From Chrysomallon squamiferum (taxonomy: Eukaryota > Animalia > Mollusca), in contig CM022673.1 in assembly GCA_012295275.1 (NCBI GenBank), positions 248,001-312,000 of the forward strand: a stretch of 64,000 bases of DNA. The letters are read 5' to 3'. Of this stretch, positions 1 to 15,051 are shown piece by piece. The notes under the pieces were generated by a model. It ran no database searches. It was not told the origin of the DNA and saw only the letters and a program-made list of their open reading frames with translations. Both the position numbers and the translations under genes were made by a program. Numbering within the stretch: the stretch's first letter is position 1; each line of letters opens with the position of its first letter.

Positions 1-50
1 CGCAACCCTTAGCTGTACCTCAAAACGTTATCCGCACACAGAAACATCAG
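1..50 (+). CDS. Possible 3' end of the upstream exon of the putative neuropeptide precursor
   Basis: Open frame from base 2 (ATLSCTSKRYPHTETS+G) ends at CAG|GTATTG (donor at 51) in phase 1, which matches the phase-1 acceptor at 11230 (G+TG = Val). Only 50 nt are visible, so this may be chance. Confidence 0.3.
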
Positions 51-442
51 GTATTGAATTTTGCTACATTAATGGAGTCAGGCGGTTATTTTTAATGTTT
101 TAATGTTTTAATTTTTAAAAATTATTATTATTATTATTATTTTTTAATGATAATTACCTGTATTTTCACCCAAATACTTCGGGCGAATGTGATTAAATAT
201 CATATTGTCCCTTCCTGTTTGAAAGACGAGAATAGCAGAATCAATGATTTGTTTTTAACTTCACATTTCCACCAACCCCCTTTTTGTCGCAAACTACGTT
301 TTTTTTTTTGTGTTTTTTTTAACGCTAGCCTTAATGCGCTGATAAAATGAAATAATAAAACACGTTTAGCGCTTCAGGCAATTCACTGTTTTCTTCTGGC
401 GACAGGGAGCACTTATCCCTCATTATAATGTGTATCCCCCGA

Positions 443-882
<440 letters not shown>

Positions 883-3407
883 GCGCTCATATTTTTCCCA
901 GTATGATTCATATAAAGAAGAAAACAACAACACAACCACAAACACATATATACACGCACACTGTCAGATACACACATAGAAAGATATTAATGCATTCAGA
1001 GATAAATATACACAGTATGTAAATCTAAAAAACATGCAGCTATACAGTCATATTTACCATCCAGGTTTTCCTTTTACCTATAGACTTACTATTACGCATG
1101 TGATGATATGAAAGTCCAGTAACCTAAATAGTTTTAAAAATTAAATTACGCGAACTGTTTGAAGTTTTCGCTGTTACGGCGGGTGCCCTGCCATAACGAG
1201 TGTGTGCGATGTAACGTAACCGGTGTCATTCATTTGACTGAATAGCGAACTGCACAGGACCTGCAGCAAACATGGGGAAATAACCTTTCTTCTACAGTTT
1301 CTATATGAAATCTGATACATTTTGAGAAGAAAACCACCACCACAACAACAACAACAACAACAAAAAAAAATATTAATAATAATAATAATAATAATAATAT
1401 CATATATACTTTCCAGAATGCAGGAACGTAGATTAAAAAGAATTTCGGGTTAGCATGACCCCGGAACCCTCTGGCAACTCCGGCTCTTTGACAAAGTGGT
1501 TTGAACGAAAGCACTGTATAAATTACATAGATTTAACATTAAGACATTTTCAGACATTATAAAGTAACTTAATTCTGTAAAGACAAAAGTTATTATCAGA
1601 ATAATGTTACTTTATGGATATAATAAGGTTATTGAATTATATGTAATTAAATGAAGATGTAATAATTGTATGATAATGTAAATGTATCCCTGTATCTAAA
1701 GAAGTTTGTATTTATGCAAGTATTTATGAATATGTTTATGCTTGTATTTATGTTTATGGATGTATATTTATGTATGAATTTATTTATGACTTTATGTATG
1801 TATGTGTATATGTGTATGTGTGAGTCTGTTTATTCAATCAGTTTCCAGATAGCTTATACATTTATGCTTATCACTGTATGCGAAATTCTTAACAATAATA
1901 ATAATAATAATTAAACATTTTCAAACAATTCATTTAACATTTTCTTGTTTTTTTTTTTTTGTGTTTTTTTTTTTTTTCCTTTTGTGAAGTTTGATTTATA
2001 ATAACAGTATCTATAATGATTCGATACTTTATTTTTTATTATGTATAGCATTCAGCTTTTAACTATGGTTTACTGATCTCTGCGAATGTCCTGCGAATGA
2101 CTGATGCAATGAGTTTAAATTTAATGTTTATTTGTGTTTCATCAACATGTTTAAAAACGTGTACATGTGTGAGAGAGAAAGAAAGAGGGAGAAAGATAGA
2201 GGTTCAAAGAAAGACAGAGAGAAAAAGAAGGTGAGAAACTTACAGAGAGACGGACAAAAAAAAAAAAAAAAGCGAGAATGATGAAGAGAGAGCGAAAGAT
2301 ACAGACAGATGATGACATATAGACAGATGTTCATTTCAGAACATAAAGCCTTTAATAATTTCACCTTTCTGGGCCAGAGATGAGTTTATTGCACTTTGTA
2401 AACAATTCTTGATGTTAAGAATTTAGTCGTATTAGTAGAACCATAAAAGTAATTATAATGAAAAGTGCTTGTTTTTGTGGCTCGCGTCATATTCATCATA
2501 TTAATGTTTGAATTTTGTTTTCATTTTGTATCTTTTGCTTACAACTGATGTGTATACATTTTTGTTAATTTTAAGTAATCTAACTAAGACACGTTCAAAC
2601 TACCGTATTGAGTTGCCTGTGTAGTACAATCAGTATTTCCTTTTTATCTGCCAGAAGGAATCAGTGTTTAATTCCACATTTCTATATGCCAGTGTAATGT
2701 TATAAATAATGACACACGTTCATTCCATGCTGGTTTTTGAACTCATTATCGCTGGTCAGGACCATCCTTTTTCCTTTACGGAGTCCGTGAAATGCAGAAA
2801 ACAAGGACCTCGTCTTTTAGAGGAACGCTGGTGAATCAGGTTAGAAAAAAAAACTCCAAAAGCTAAAAAAAAAAAAAGGCGTAACTGAACAGTTAGTTCT
2901 CTGACGGAAGCATATAACAAAAATAACCGGCATTCAGAGAACAAGGGTCGTGTTACAAATGCCACGTTAAAAGGTACAACTGATCTGCGTTGACGTTTTA
3001 TTAGTGCGAGTGACGTGTGCTTTCATTAGTACAGACGTAAATGTCCATTTTGTGGCAAAAGATCCCTTTCTCTGTACGACGTAATTTTCCATTAACAGAA
3101 CTGGATAAAATGGGGGTCTTGATCCTGCCGAGAAAAGTGGACGTTTGATTATTGTGTTATGACTTTTTGATATCGTTCTCTTACAGAAAATATTGATGCA
3201 CAGCTTAACTAGATAATCATCAGTTATTGCATATGAAGTAAACACATCTTTAAAAACGCGCTTATTAGACGAAGTTGCACATAAATCTACACGGTCATTT
3301 TGAAAAGAATTCTCTCATGAACCGAGATTACTGATATTAAATTGCTAATGCTTTTTGAAATTATTTTTTTATTGGGGTTATCGTCAATGAAATTATATTG
3401 GGTTAAA

Positions 3408-3513
<106 letters not shown>

Positions 3514-3979
3514 ACAAAAAACCACTCCCCACCAGAAACAACAGACTAACAAATAAATAAACAAAACAGTTTAAATCTAATAATAATAATAATAATAATA
3601 ACAACAACAACAACATATGATATAAAATAAAACAAAGGAAAATATGTTCAATACACCACACTACACTTCACGGTTTAAATAATAACACGTGAACGTATTA
3701 TAGTAAATGGTATTCGAAATCCACTCGTAAAATATCACTTCCTTGCGTGTTTTCTTTACTCACATCTCGCGGCACAGTTCAGTCTTACCAACATGTTATT
3801 ACAAGAGTGTGTTTCCTTTTTCTTATCCAGCAAAAACCTGAGCCTCAGGCTGAACAATCTGACTCGGAGTTTCTAGACATCTTTAATCACTAAAATACAT
3901 TAGCTGTACTTTAATTACCATTGTTAACACACTTCTTTTTCTCCATCTTGTTTCTTTTTTTCTTTTTCCTAACCCCCAC

Positions 3980-4030
<51 letters not shown>

Positions 4031-4993
4031 AAAGTATTTATTTATTCTTTTTTCTTTCTTTCTTTCTTTCTTTTTTTTTTTTTTAAATTTATTAAGTTCA
4101 TACGTTCCGAAAATGGTGTGGGTGGTGTTTTGGAAATTACTTACGAAGAAAGCAAAATTTTTTAAAAATAATTAAAAATATTTTTTATCAGTACTATTGC
4201 CACATTGTAAACTCAAGTAGCTTAAGTTGAAAGATTTAAAAAAAAAAAGTAAATTATGTAATAATTTCTTAAATGGCACTTAATTATATCAGCGTGGAAC
4301 ATCGAGGTATGCGTCTGCGCAAAACGTACACATTTCCTGTAACAGCAGTAACAGCAGTGAAAACAACAAAGACAATAACAACAACAACAATAATAATAAT
4401 AAGATGATGGAACTTCAGTTATTTTTATAAATAAAACCTATCCATAACTTCTGAATAATACAAAACAAGAATGTATGACGAAGTAAAGTAAAGAATGAAG
4501 AATTATTATTATTATTATTATTTTTATTTTTATTTTTTTTAAGAAGAAAAAGGAACAAAATAACAAACAGCTGCAGACAGCTAAATGAGAACTTCAGTCA
4601 CTTTGCAACCTTGTCTTACTGACCTATTGACCTACAAGTCTTTCTATTTTTATCCAATCAAATAACACAGACGTCGAACTGCGTTCCCGGGTGCGTACAA
4701 ACTAAAATATAGTCTGAGAAAAGAGATAATGCGTTTCTGTAATCATAATGTTTTTTCCCGTTATGATCAATGTCCATTAGTGCTATCTCAAAAGTATTAC
4801 TTTTTTTCCGCTGTAATTTAAAACGAAAAAACAAAAAGAAAGATAACTGAGAGAAATCCGTTTAAGAAGTAATGGACTTTTATACATTTATCTTCGTAGT
4901 GTTAATTAAATAAATAAAAATAAATAAGAACAATTAAATAACACTGTAAAAAAATCAAAAGAATAATACTGAATGCAAGCCATAAAATACTAT

Positions 4994-5037
<44 letters not shown>

Positions 5038-5143
5038 ATAATAATAATAATAAAAATAAATAAATAATAATTTCAAAAAGTTTGCGAAAAAATATATATG
5101 CTTATATATATACTTACATACATATACCAAAATACAGCTTGTT

Positions 5144-5198
<55 letters not shown>

Positions 5199-5569
5199 GT
5201 AGTTCAGTGTTCATTTTTATTGGTTTAGATCTTAAAAGACCATTTTGAAAAAGTTTTAAACTCTTGTTATTTAAGAAATATTTTGTTTTGATGAATAGTT
5301 TTCATACGTGGATCAACTTCTGTCGACAGCGGGAGCTGAGACAGATAATTTCATTTAATTTTTGTACTACATAGGAGAGCAGGACAAAAGAGTAACTAGT
5401 TATTGTTTTTAGATATCAGTTTGTCAGGTTGAAAAGCAAATACAGCTCGGCAGAACTTCGACGCGTTTCGCCATTACCACCTTTGCAGGATAAAGCTTCT
5501 ATCTTAAGACATTAACCGGTTGTATGTATAATATACATAGTAAATAACATACTTGTAATGGAGTAACAA

Positions 5570-5830
5570 GTAGATGATGTAATAGTGAGAGTATATATAG
5601 TAATTAACATAGTATTATTTAAAGCAGGAATATTAGTACTAGTTATAGTAATAGTAACAGTAGTAGTAGTAATAGTAGTAATAGTAGTAGTAGTAATAGT
5701 AGCAGCAGTAGTAGTAGTAGTAGTAATGGAAAAAGTAATGATAACAGTAGTAGTAATGGAAAAAGTAATGATAACAGTTGTAGTAATAAGAGTACTTGTG
5801 CTAGCAGTACTGCTATTAATAATAATAAAT
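5570..5830. repeat. Degenerate (AGT/AAT)n low-complexity tract with a 30-bp tandem duplication
   Basis: GTAGTAATGGAAAAAGTAATGATAACAGT occurs twice in tandem (~5720-5780) inside AGT repeats. Confidence 0.85.
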
Positions 5831-6288
5831 ACATTTTTCGCTTCGTCGTAAATACAGTTTTCAATGACGACAAATATACAGCTTCCTTTGTATATAAACA
5901 AACTCGTTAATGAAATTAGTTCAAAAAAGGTAATCTAAGTTTCAGAATACACCTCCGCCGTCATGAACTCACAGAGACATCGTGTTTGCTTACTAAATAT
6001 GTACACGGCTCTTGTTATAGATCAGTCTGCTGGAAACACGTTTATTCGTGCAGTTCGTAACGAATCGGCGGTTATTGACGTAAATTCATTACCGATTTTA
6101 ATAGTGCGAAATAAGCCCGTTTTAGTCATGGCGAGTGAAATGTCAAACTACGATCACCAACTAAAGATTGATTTTGTTTCAGCGCAGACGAGCGAGAGCT
6201 GAAATAGCCATGTTACATTTGTTTTCTGTTTCACATTCAAGTCAGTGCTCCACGATTGGTAATAATATTATACTTTTCATCAAGGGCC

Positions 6289-6324
<36 letters not shown>

Positions 6325-6350
6325 TTTTATTTTATATTATTATTATTATT

Positions 6351-6389
<39 letters not shown>

Positions 6390-8891
6390 CATGATAAGGA
6401 AAATACGAAAACTTTGGAATTAAAAAAAAAAAAAAAAAATAATAATAATAATAAAAAAAAAATAAAATAAAATAAAATGAAATAAATAAATAATTTAAAA
6501 AAAAAAAAGAAGTATAAAAAAACCTCACAAAAGGCACATAAAAAACCCAACAAAGCAAACAAAAATAGCATCAAGATTATTTATTTATTTAATCTTATTT
6601 ATTTTATTTTATTTATTCTTTTATTTTTATTGCGGATGTAATTTTTTTTTTTTTTTTTTTTTTTTTATATATATTTTTTTATTTTATTTTATTTTATTTT
6701 ATTTTATTTTTTTTTTTTATTATTCAATTTTTATTATAAATTTTTTATTTTACTTTATTAATTTTTTTTTTTTTTTTTTTTTTAAGGCTATTTAATTTAC
6801 CTTCAGAGTTTTCTGTTTTCATAAGACGAATGCCAGTCCATTTCCAGCTAAGATTAAAAAACATGCCATGTCACGTTTCTAAGACCTGCTGTTAATAATA
6901 CGGATTACAGCTGTACAAATTACACGTTACAAAGAATTTATAAACCGTTTTTTTTTTTTTTTTTTTTTTATCTTCTTAGAACGCCAGCACTAGACCAGCA
7001 TAATTACATATTTTTAAAATATATTTATTTAGTTTGAATGTTTTTTTGTTGTTGTTGTTGTTTATGATGATTTGTGAACCATTGTTAAATTTCGCACAAA
7101 AAATATATAAATATATATATACATATATATACATACATATATATATATATATAAATAATTAAAAAATCCCAAAACAATTAAGTCATACTACTGTTTGGCC
7201 AGTCTATTTTTCTATCTTTTTTTTATTCTTCTTCTTTATTTTTTTTATTTTTTTTTATTTTATTTTATTTTATTATATTTATTTATTTACTGAAACTCAT
7301 TTCATTTTAAAAGGTACACTCTTTTGTGAAATTCTTGACGAACCACTGTACTTGTTCATATAATAGTAGTACTACTAATAAAAAACCGCATGTAAGTACT
7401 ACCCACATGTTCGATTATTATTCCACTGCTGTTTAAATTTTATCTTTGTTCTGAAACGTCTCATGTGAAGTCAATAATTACCTAGTCCAAATTAAACTGT
7501 AATTACAATTATTGCCATTCTCACCAGGTATATCGAAATGTAAAAGCGGGACAAGATATTTTCGTTCTTTCCTAGTGTTTTCAATTTCACGAATAAGAAT
7601 ATCCGTTAATTACATGTACACGGTCATCACAGAACAACACAAAAATCCTGTTGTTACTGGTTGTTGTTTTTTTTTTTTTTTTTGTTTTTTCTCTCTCTCT
7701 CTCTTTTTTTTTTTTTTTTCCAGTCCTACATTAACTTTGTTTTCAGAATAAATGTAAATTCCGCCTCCAGTCGGCAGCACTAAAACAAATTTTCTCAAAT
7801 ACCTATTAGAAATGAAGCCCCTGTTATAAGTCGTAACGAAATGGAACTGATGGGATGTACTGTGAGTTTATAAATCACAGAGAATTAAGCTGGAATGATT
7901 ATTAAAGATTTCTAGAAACAGACGCAATAAGCATCCTGACTTTTGATTGTTTGATCCGCCCATGAAAGTGAGCACAGTAGTTAGTTATAAACTGTGTTTG
8001 TAATTGCAGTCCTCTGTCAAGAGTCAGATAACTATGATGTATAAGAAATATATATTAACTGTATTCCAGACCAAATCTTCTCTGATTAGTTACTTGTTAA
8101 CAAATTCCATACATTCATACTTTATCTGTCCGCTGATACTTCGTTCAAACAAACAAACAACAATACACACTCATGTACATATACACAGACCACGCACACA
8201 CGGTCAAATAAGTGTTCACTGCCCACATAGATAAGAAGCATATTTATAAACATATGAATACAAATGCACACGCATATACAAATATTCACCTAATCAAACC
8301 GTTAATAAATAAATAAATAAATAATAAAAATACTTTAAACTATTTATTCAATATTACTGACATGTAATGCATTATAATGATTTCAGTTTTTGATTTATTA
8401 ACTTGCACTTCATATTAATGCATGTATATTATTTTATTTTTTATATTGCCTTCATTATCTTTATTTCATTTGCATTTATCCACATAGTTAGTGCATTCCC
8501 CGGGGAAGGTCGTTGAAGGCAGAATTTTAAATACGTAGAAACAATGGACAGCTTTTGAAAAGTTCACAAATGCTTAGCTGTGATTAATGTTAGCAGTCTA
8601 TTTAATGAAAGCATATGTCTCCGGAGATAGCCAAAAGCAAGAGTACACACTACTTAATGAAAATTTATTTTGTTTGACAATGAAATAACCGTCATATTGA
8701 ATATGCCGTCGATGATTATAGTGGTGCTGTTGCAGTCTTCAACAATGGATTAGAAATGAAAACCAATATAATCAGTCCTAGAACAATCAGTACAGACCGT
8801 TTCATCATAATCTGATACAAATAATGACGGAAATCAGCGGTCAGTTAAAATAGCAGACGAAGTGGAAAATCACATTATTTGTCATTATATT

Positions 8892-9200
<309 letters not shown>

Positions 9201-11229
9201 GGAACATTTCACGAAAAAAAACAAAAAAAGAAAAAACTTTTTCATCAGGCTACGTAAATGAAAGTATATAATAGATAAACAGATCAAACTGGATTTGATG
9301 CAATCCATAGCACACGTTAGCCAGACAGACTATTAAATTCAAATTACGGTTCATGACAGTATTTTATCATATTATGTGCAGTGATAATAGCCAGCAATCT
9401 GAGCCAGGCATTATCAATAAAACTGGAAAGTTCTGCAATTTACTCTTCTATTTATTTATAAGTGTAATGTTGGTCGACAGAATATATTCATGAAATGAGA
9501 TGTTTCCGTGATTCAGTCTTCTTAATCCATCTTAAGAAGAAGAAGAAGTAGAAGATACATATGTTAACTAGAAACCCGAAATATACAGTTAAATATAGAA
9601 GAAAAAAAAAAGTACCCAACAAAAACAGCAACAAAACAGTAAGATTATTAGTGCCAGATGTTCATTATTAGAAGAAATAAGCAGTGGTAGTCGAATAATT
9701 AATAATTATATAACTGTTTTTGCAGTTATCCTTTTCGTTTACAGAAACCAATATTCAGTAGCAAAACGTATCCCATATATACACGTATTTCATTTATTTA
9801 TATTTGTACCAATTTTCACGGCAGTGCTTGGGCTATTATTTACATTAGACACACTTAGTATCAATGGCGGATCTACATTTTTGTGGCTCTGAAGCTTGAA
9901 TTGTTATGGATGCCCTTTGCAAGCATCAAGGTCTGGGTAACCTCTGTTTTCTTTTCCAATGGGCTTGTTTCAAAACACATCACCATAATTTTTTTTTTTT
10001 TTAAATTAACCAGGTTTGGATTAAAATTTTGAAGCAATATCCAACTGAGCCTTCAAATATAACAAAAACATTAGTGTTATTTGATTTCAACGTAAAATGA
10101 AAGCAAAACGAAGCAAAGTGAAGCAACTGCAAGTCTCTTTCGTCCAGGCTTCATTCCAGCAGTATCTGTTACATTTATAATCCAGCTGATTCTGTTTCAG
10201 AGGAGACTAAAGATAACCGAGACAATCTATACTTGCCCCTACTGAGCGATGTTAGTTCAAAACAATAGCTGGTTGGTCGAATAAAGAAGTGAGTCCAGAT
10301 CATGTTTACTAGATAATAATGTGTAATAATAATAATAATAATAATAAAAATCGCAACATGTGAAAATTAGTTTTGTTGAAAAGGCGCTAGTTTTGAAAAA
10401 TGTGTTAAAGGTGAGTGGTTTCTCCTTTGCTCCTCCTCAAGCTATACCTCCGTAATAACCGATTTATTTTTTGGTGACAAAATCTGATTTTGAAATGTTA
10501 ATAAAGACAGTGAATTTTTTTTATTTACAATGGAAAAGATGAATAACCTGAAAGAAGAAAAAGAACAGTTGTATAAGAAAGCCCACTAAACTCAAATGCT
10601 GTTGTATGTGAAATGTCTGTGTTCGGACTTGATGCCAGTTTTATCTCTGGAGAGCTGATCCTGTGGTTATGCCTGTAATATTTTCCTTAACTCAGTGTGT
10701 ATATATATAATAAGAAGAAGAAGAAGAAGAAATTTTTTTAAAATGATTTGGGAGCAGCGTGTTAATATGTGGAAATCACAACGAACAATGAGTAATTTGC
10801 AAAAGTAAAGAACGGCTGTGTTTTCCCATTCGATTTTACAAGGAAAGTGAAAAGGTTCACATGCAGCCACCTTTTTCAAGACGTGACAATGCATCGTTCG
10901 GTCGATTTATTGATCTGTCACAGCTACTTCATCCCAAAACTGAAATAATTTGGCCTTTTTCACTGTTTATAATAACAGAAAATTACGCAGTAATTTTTAA
11001 TCAGTAATAACAAATACTCGCCGCCATCTCTATTACCAACCAAAACAAAACAAACAACAGAAAACAACAACAGAAAGATAGAAAGAAAACAAACGAACAA
11101 AGGGTAAGTAAAGAAGAAAAGAAAAACAACAGAAAGAAAAAAAAAAAAAAAAAGCTATATGAACAGTTTAATGACCTACATTTTAATCGAAGTTAATCTA
11201 ATTATCTGCCTTTTTTTCTTTACTTTCAG

Positions 11230-11525
11230 TGTCACGAGAACGTCAGAAACGCGTCTCTGACAGAGTGGACCAATGGAACTTGTGCCCGCAGGACATGGGA
11301 GAGTTAGACTGCTTTTTTCAATATCTCGACGTATACGCACGTTTGCGGAAAGCTGCACGCGGGAACAACGAAGTTTCCATAAGAAATATTGGTAAAAGAA
11401 GCACTACGTCGTGGCTGCCTGTGCAACGTAACGTGAAAGACAAACTTGTCCGAGATACTGAAAATGCGCGAGGGTTTGCGACGTCACTGGTTCACTTCGT
11501 ACAAATGTTATTGAACCGGAAATAG
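11230..11525 (+). CDS. Putative terminal coding exon of a neuropeptide/peptide-hormone precursor
   Basis: Strong acceptor (ctgcctttttttctttactttcag, AG at 11228-11229). A stop-free, non-repetitive, GC-richer frame of 98 codons ends in TAG at 11523-11525, with AATAAA at 11562-11567. It encodes RERQKR | VSDRVDQWNLCPQDMGELDCFFQYLDVYARLRKAARGNNEVSIRNI | GKR, i.e. a convertase site, a Cys pair and an amidation signal. The signal-peptide exon was not securely located. Confidence 0.62.
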
Positions 11526-13208
11526 AATTCTTCGACGCAGAAATCGCAGTCGTGTTTCGTGAATAAATGCTGTCAGTTATAATATCATTTCTCTCATTTG
11601 TTAATAATTATAAGACATAGATAGTTTCAGGGCGAAAATGAAAAAGCAGACGTGTTCGTGGACAGAAAGAGGGCCGGACAGTAACCTTGAGCAGGCCTCT
11701 GTGTTTCGCGAATCAAACCAAAATCTGATCAGTGTCTAGCGTTATAGTTTAATGGTTTAAAAAATATTTGTTATGCGCATTTTTTATGGCCAAAATATAT
11801 TTAATTAAATTAATTCCTGTACGACACATTAATAATTAAGTTTTCAAAAGATTTTTATACATTTTTTTTTTCAATAGAAATCAACCGATGATGACTGGGC
11901 GCTGAAAAACGCTGTCTGTCTGACAAGTAAAAACAAAATGTAACCGTTTTATTTATTAATATTTATATTGGTAATTGTAAAATATTTTGATTATAATCAG
12001 TGGTTTATGTGTAAACTATGAAAACTATTTCTGCTATAAAACAGCAGAGAAAACTGCGCATGGAAAAAGCCATTCGAACAGTACGTTAGCATGTATAAAC
12101 GGGTGTGCTAGAAGAAATTATATTTTTACTTTTAATGCTCAGACGGAAAACCTGACTGTACTGTGAGGAATGAATTTGATACTGTGTATGTTAAAAAAAG
12201 GAAAATCTGATAGTCATCGTGTTGTAGTAATTAACTTTACTTAATTTGTAGTATGCACTGAGACGACACAAGCAAACAGTATAGCGCAGTATTGTTTTTT
12301 CAGAAGCTGTGGAGGAATTATCACAAGGGCTGGAGGTGAAACTACTGAATATTATAAATACGTATATAGAATTTTATAATATATAATATTTCAGAATCAA
12401 AATGCAACCGAATTATTATTATTATTATTATTATTATTATTTTAAATAAATAAATAAAATTGTTCTTTATTCCAATACCCAATTTAAATATATATATATA
12501 TATATACATACATACATATTTCAGAAAACAGTGTTAGGCTTGCTATAGGTTTGTGTTGATATTTTTTTGTAATTAGAAACAGGACAAGGTTTTTCAGGAT
12601 TGGGATTAAGAAGCTACTTCTGGACTACGACTGACCAAACGATCCCTTGACATGTCTTGAAAAAGGTGTCTGCGCATGAATCGTTTCAGTTTTCCTGTAA
12701 AATTGAATGGGAAAATATAGTCGTTCTTTTCTTTTTCAAATTACTAATTGTAAAAAAAGCGATGGCTACTATTTTTTAAATGTCACTTGATTAATGGATT
12801 AATTACGTGCGGCACTTTAAGAAAATTGAGTCCGATGTTTCAAGCAATGGTATTTGTGCTCGGGTGAAAATATCCTGAAACATACATGTGTCTTAATTTC
12901 TAGTAAATAAATATTTATTTGGCAATGTTCATTTCTTAGTGAAAGCAAGTTGCAAAAACTCAGAAGTGTATATGTGAAAGTTATGTTTAATATAATATTA
13001 CGAATGTTTTATGTTGTTATATGCAATAAATTGTCTTTTGTTACAAATTTGTGAGCTTCAAATAGCTGTTTAAAAATAAATGCAGTTTGTTGTCTCAAAT
13101 GCTTGATAGTAAACATTTTCCATCAGGAACAAGATCAGTAGTTACAGTAACACTTTAAATACACTTTCTTTTTCTTTCAGTAAAATATGTTTCTCGACTC
13201 CTTAAATC

Positions 13209-13210
<2 letters not shown>

Positions 13211-13260
<50 letters not shown>

Positions 13261-13310
13261 GTGTGTTTAACCCAATTTCTCGCAGAGAGAGAGAGAGAGA
13301 GAGAGAGAGA
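13211..13310. repeat. Inverted (CT)n/(GA)n pair forming a 30-bp perfect stem
   Basis: (CT)n-GCG, then a 19-nt spacer at 13262-13280, then CGC-(AG)n. Confidence 0.9.
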
Positions 13311-13379
13311 ACAGGAGGGAAAACTGACGGGAAAACAGTTATATTTATGCAATATCTCAATATGTTGGCACCAGAAATA

Positions 13380-13426
<47 letters not shown>

Positions 13427-14093
13427 CTTAAAAACTTACTAAATTACACCGTTGGTGAACAGTGTATTAAATGAAAATTCTTCCCGTTTATATTTTGTGA
13501 TTATATTAATTTGAACAATCAAATCAACAGACTGTTTTATCTAATGCTTTTCATTTATTATTTTTGTTTTTTATTACTGCCAGAAGTGACATTAATATTC
13601 ACTCTGAAGTAATATTTCATTCCTCAGCTATATACTATATGAATTAATTACGAGAGAGAAAAAGACAATCATTAAGTGGGGAAATGGGGATGATGATGAT
13701 AATAATAATAATGAAATAACGTTACAGAAATTACAGAGAATAATTATAATCTAATCGTATAAACCTTGGCATATCATTTTATACAATGTTTTCTTCATAC
13801 AAATAAACGTTCAAGTGCTTGTTATCACCAACAGGGAAATGTAGTCATTTAGAAGTATTATCACAGTAATTTATTATCGTTATTGTATAATATTATACTC
13901 TTCCACTACACAAATAACATGTTAACAAAGAATACAACAGTGCTTATTTGTAACAAATTTATGAACACATTTACCTATTGGGCATGCCAATGTAAATGGA
14001 TAATTGAATCGTTGAACAATATGTTAAATTATCTGCTGTTTATTGGAAAACCTATTTAAAATACGCTGCATAATTACCGCAACCAAACCAAGC

Positions 14094-14185
14094 GAGAAAA
14101 ATATCTTTTAAATCCTGTCGCCAAACTCTTACGGCAGCAAGATAAAAGAGTCTCTCCACTTGACCTGCGTGGAGCTAAAAGGGAA
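14094..14185 (+). repeat. Dispersed ~95-bp element, copy 1
   Basis: GAGAAAAATATCTTTTAAATCCTGTCGCCAAACTCTT...TCTCCACTTGACCTGCGTGGAGCTAAAAG aligns by eye to 16243-16340. Confidence 0.6.
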
Positions 14186-14955
14186 CTGGGGAGTTATGCA
14201 AATACTCGCTTGTCTCATCAAAGCGTATTTTGTTCCAACTCCCGTTTTCCTTTATTGCCCGTATATAATTACATTCTCACGGACGTCACTGAAAACAGCT
14301 GAATCACAAAGCCAAGCTAGCTGACAAAGTTTGAATTTTTGTTTCTATTTGACACAAAACTCGCCATAACTCGGCCTCTAATGAATGTATCCACTGAAAC
14401 CCAGTTTCATAGATATCAGGATTTCAGTGTTAAAACAAAGACGAAATTATCTATTTTCATCACTTTTTACCAAAGAAACAGACTTTTATAAACCATTGTA
14501 TTTATTTAGTAATTTCATCGTAAAGGTAATAATAGTTAAAACGGACGTTGTTTCAACGTAGATGTTTTCAGGGCAGGTAAATTATACAAGCTGACCAAGA
14601 AATAACAATTATTTTCCTCTCTTTAAGTCAAATTTTCCATAATAAATTAGGCAACGATGTTGTATCAAACCTATGTTGTCAATAAACATATAGTTTAATA
14701 ATTTAAAAAAAGTGATAAAATATTACACATTTGCTTGATGCTTGTGTTAAGAGATATAATTAATTATACGGATGTGCATTACAAATTCTGTTAACTTCAC
14801 GGATATTTTAAGATTTTAATCAAGGGAAATATTGCTCTTCATCTGTATAAGTATTAACTGCTTTTTATAATGAGTGCTATGTGAGTAAAGCTCAAACCTC
14901 AGTCTTTGATGCTTGACTTTGGACATTATTGTAAAATAAAATCCTTAAAATAAAA

Positions 14956-14956
<1 letters not shown>

Positions 14957-15049
<93 letters not shown>
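14957..15049. repeat. (GA)n microsatellite
   Basis: Direct reading of the sequence. Confidence 0.95.

Positions 15050-15051
<2 letters not shown>

Noticed and set aside
9860-9970. CAATGGCGGATCTA... resembling a MITE terminus (a related reverse motif is at ~7951-7964)
   Set aside because: No paired terminal repeat or target-site duplication; too short to call without a repeat library.
11455-11480. TENARGF resembling insect allatotropin TARGF-amide
   Set aside because: It is not followed by G-K/R and not flanked by cleavage sites.
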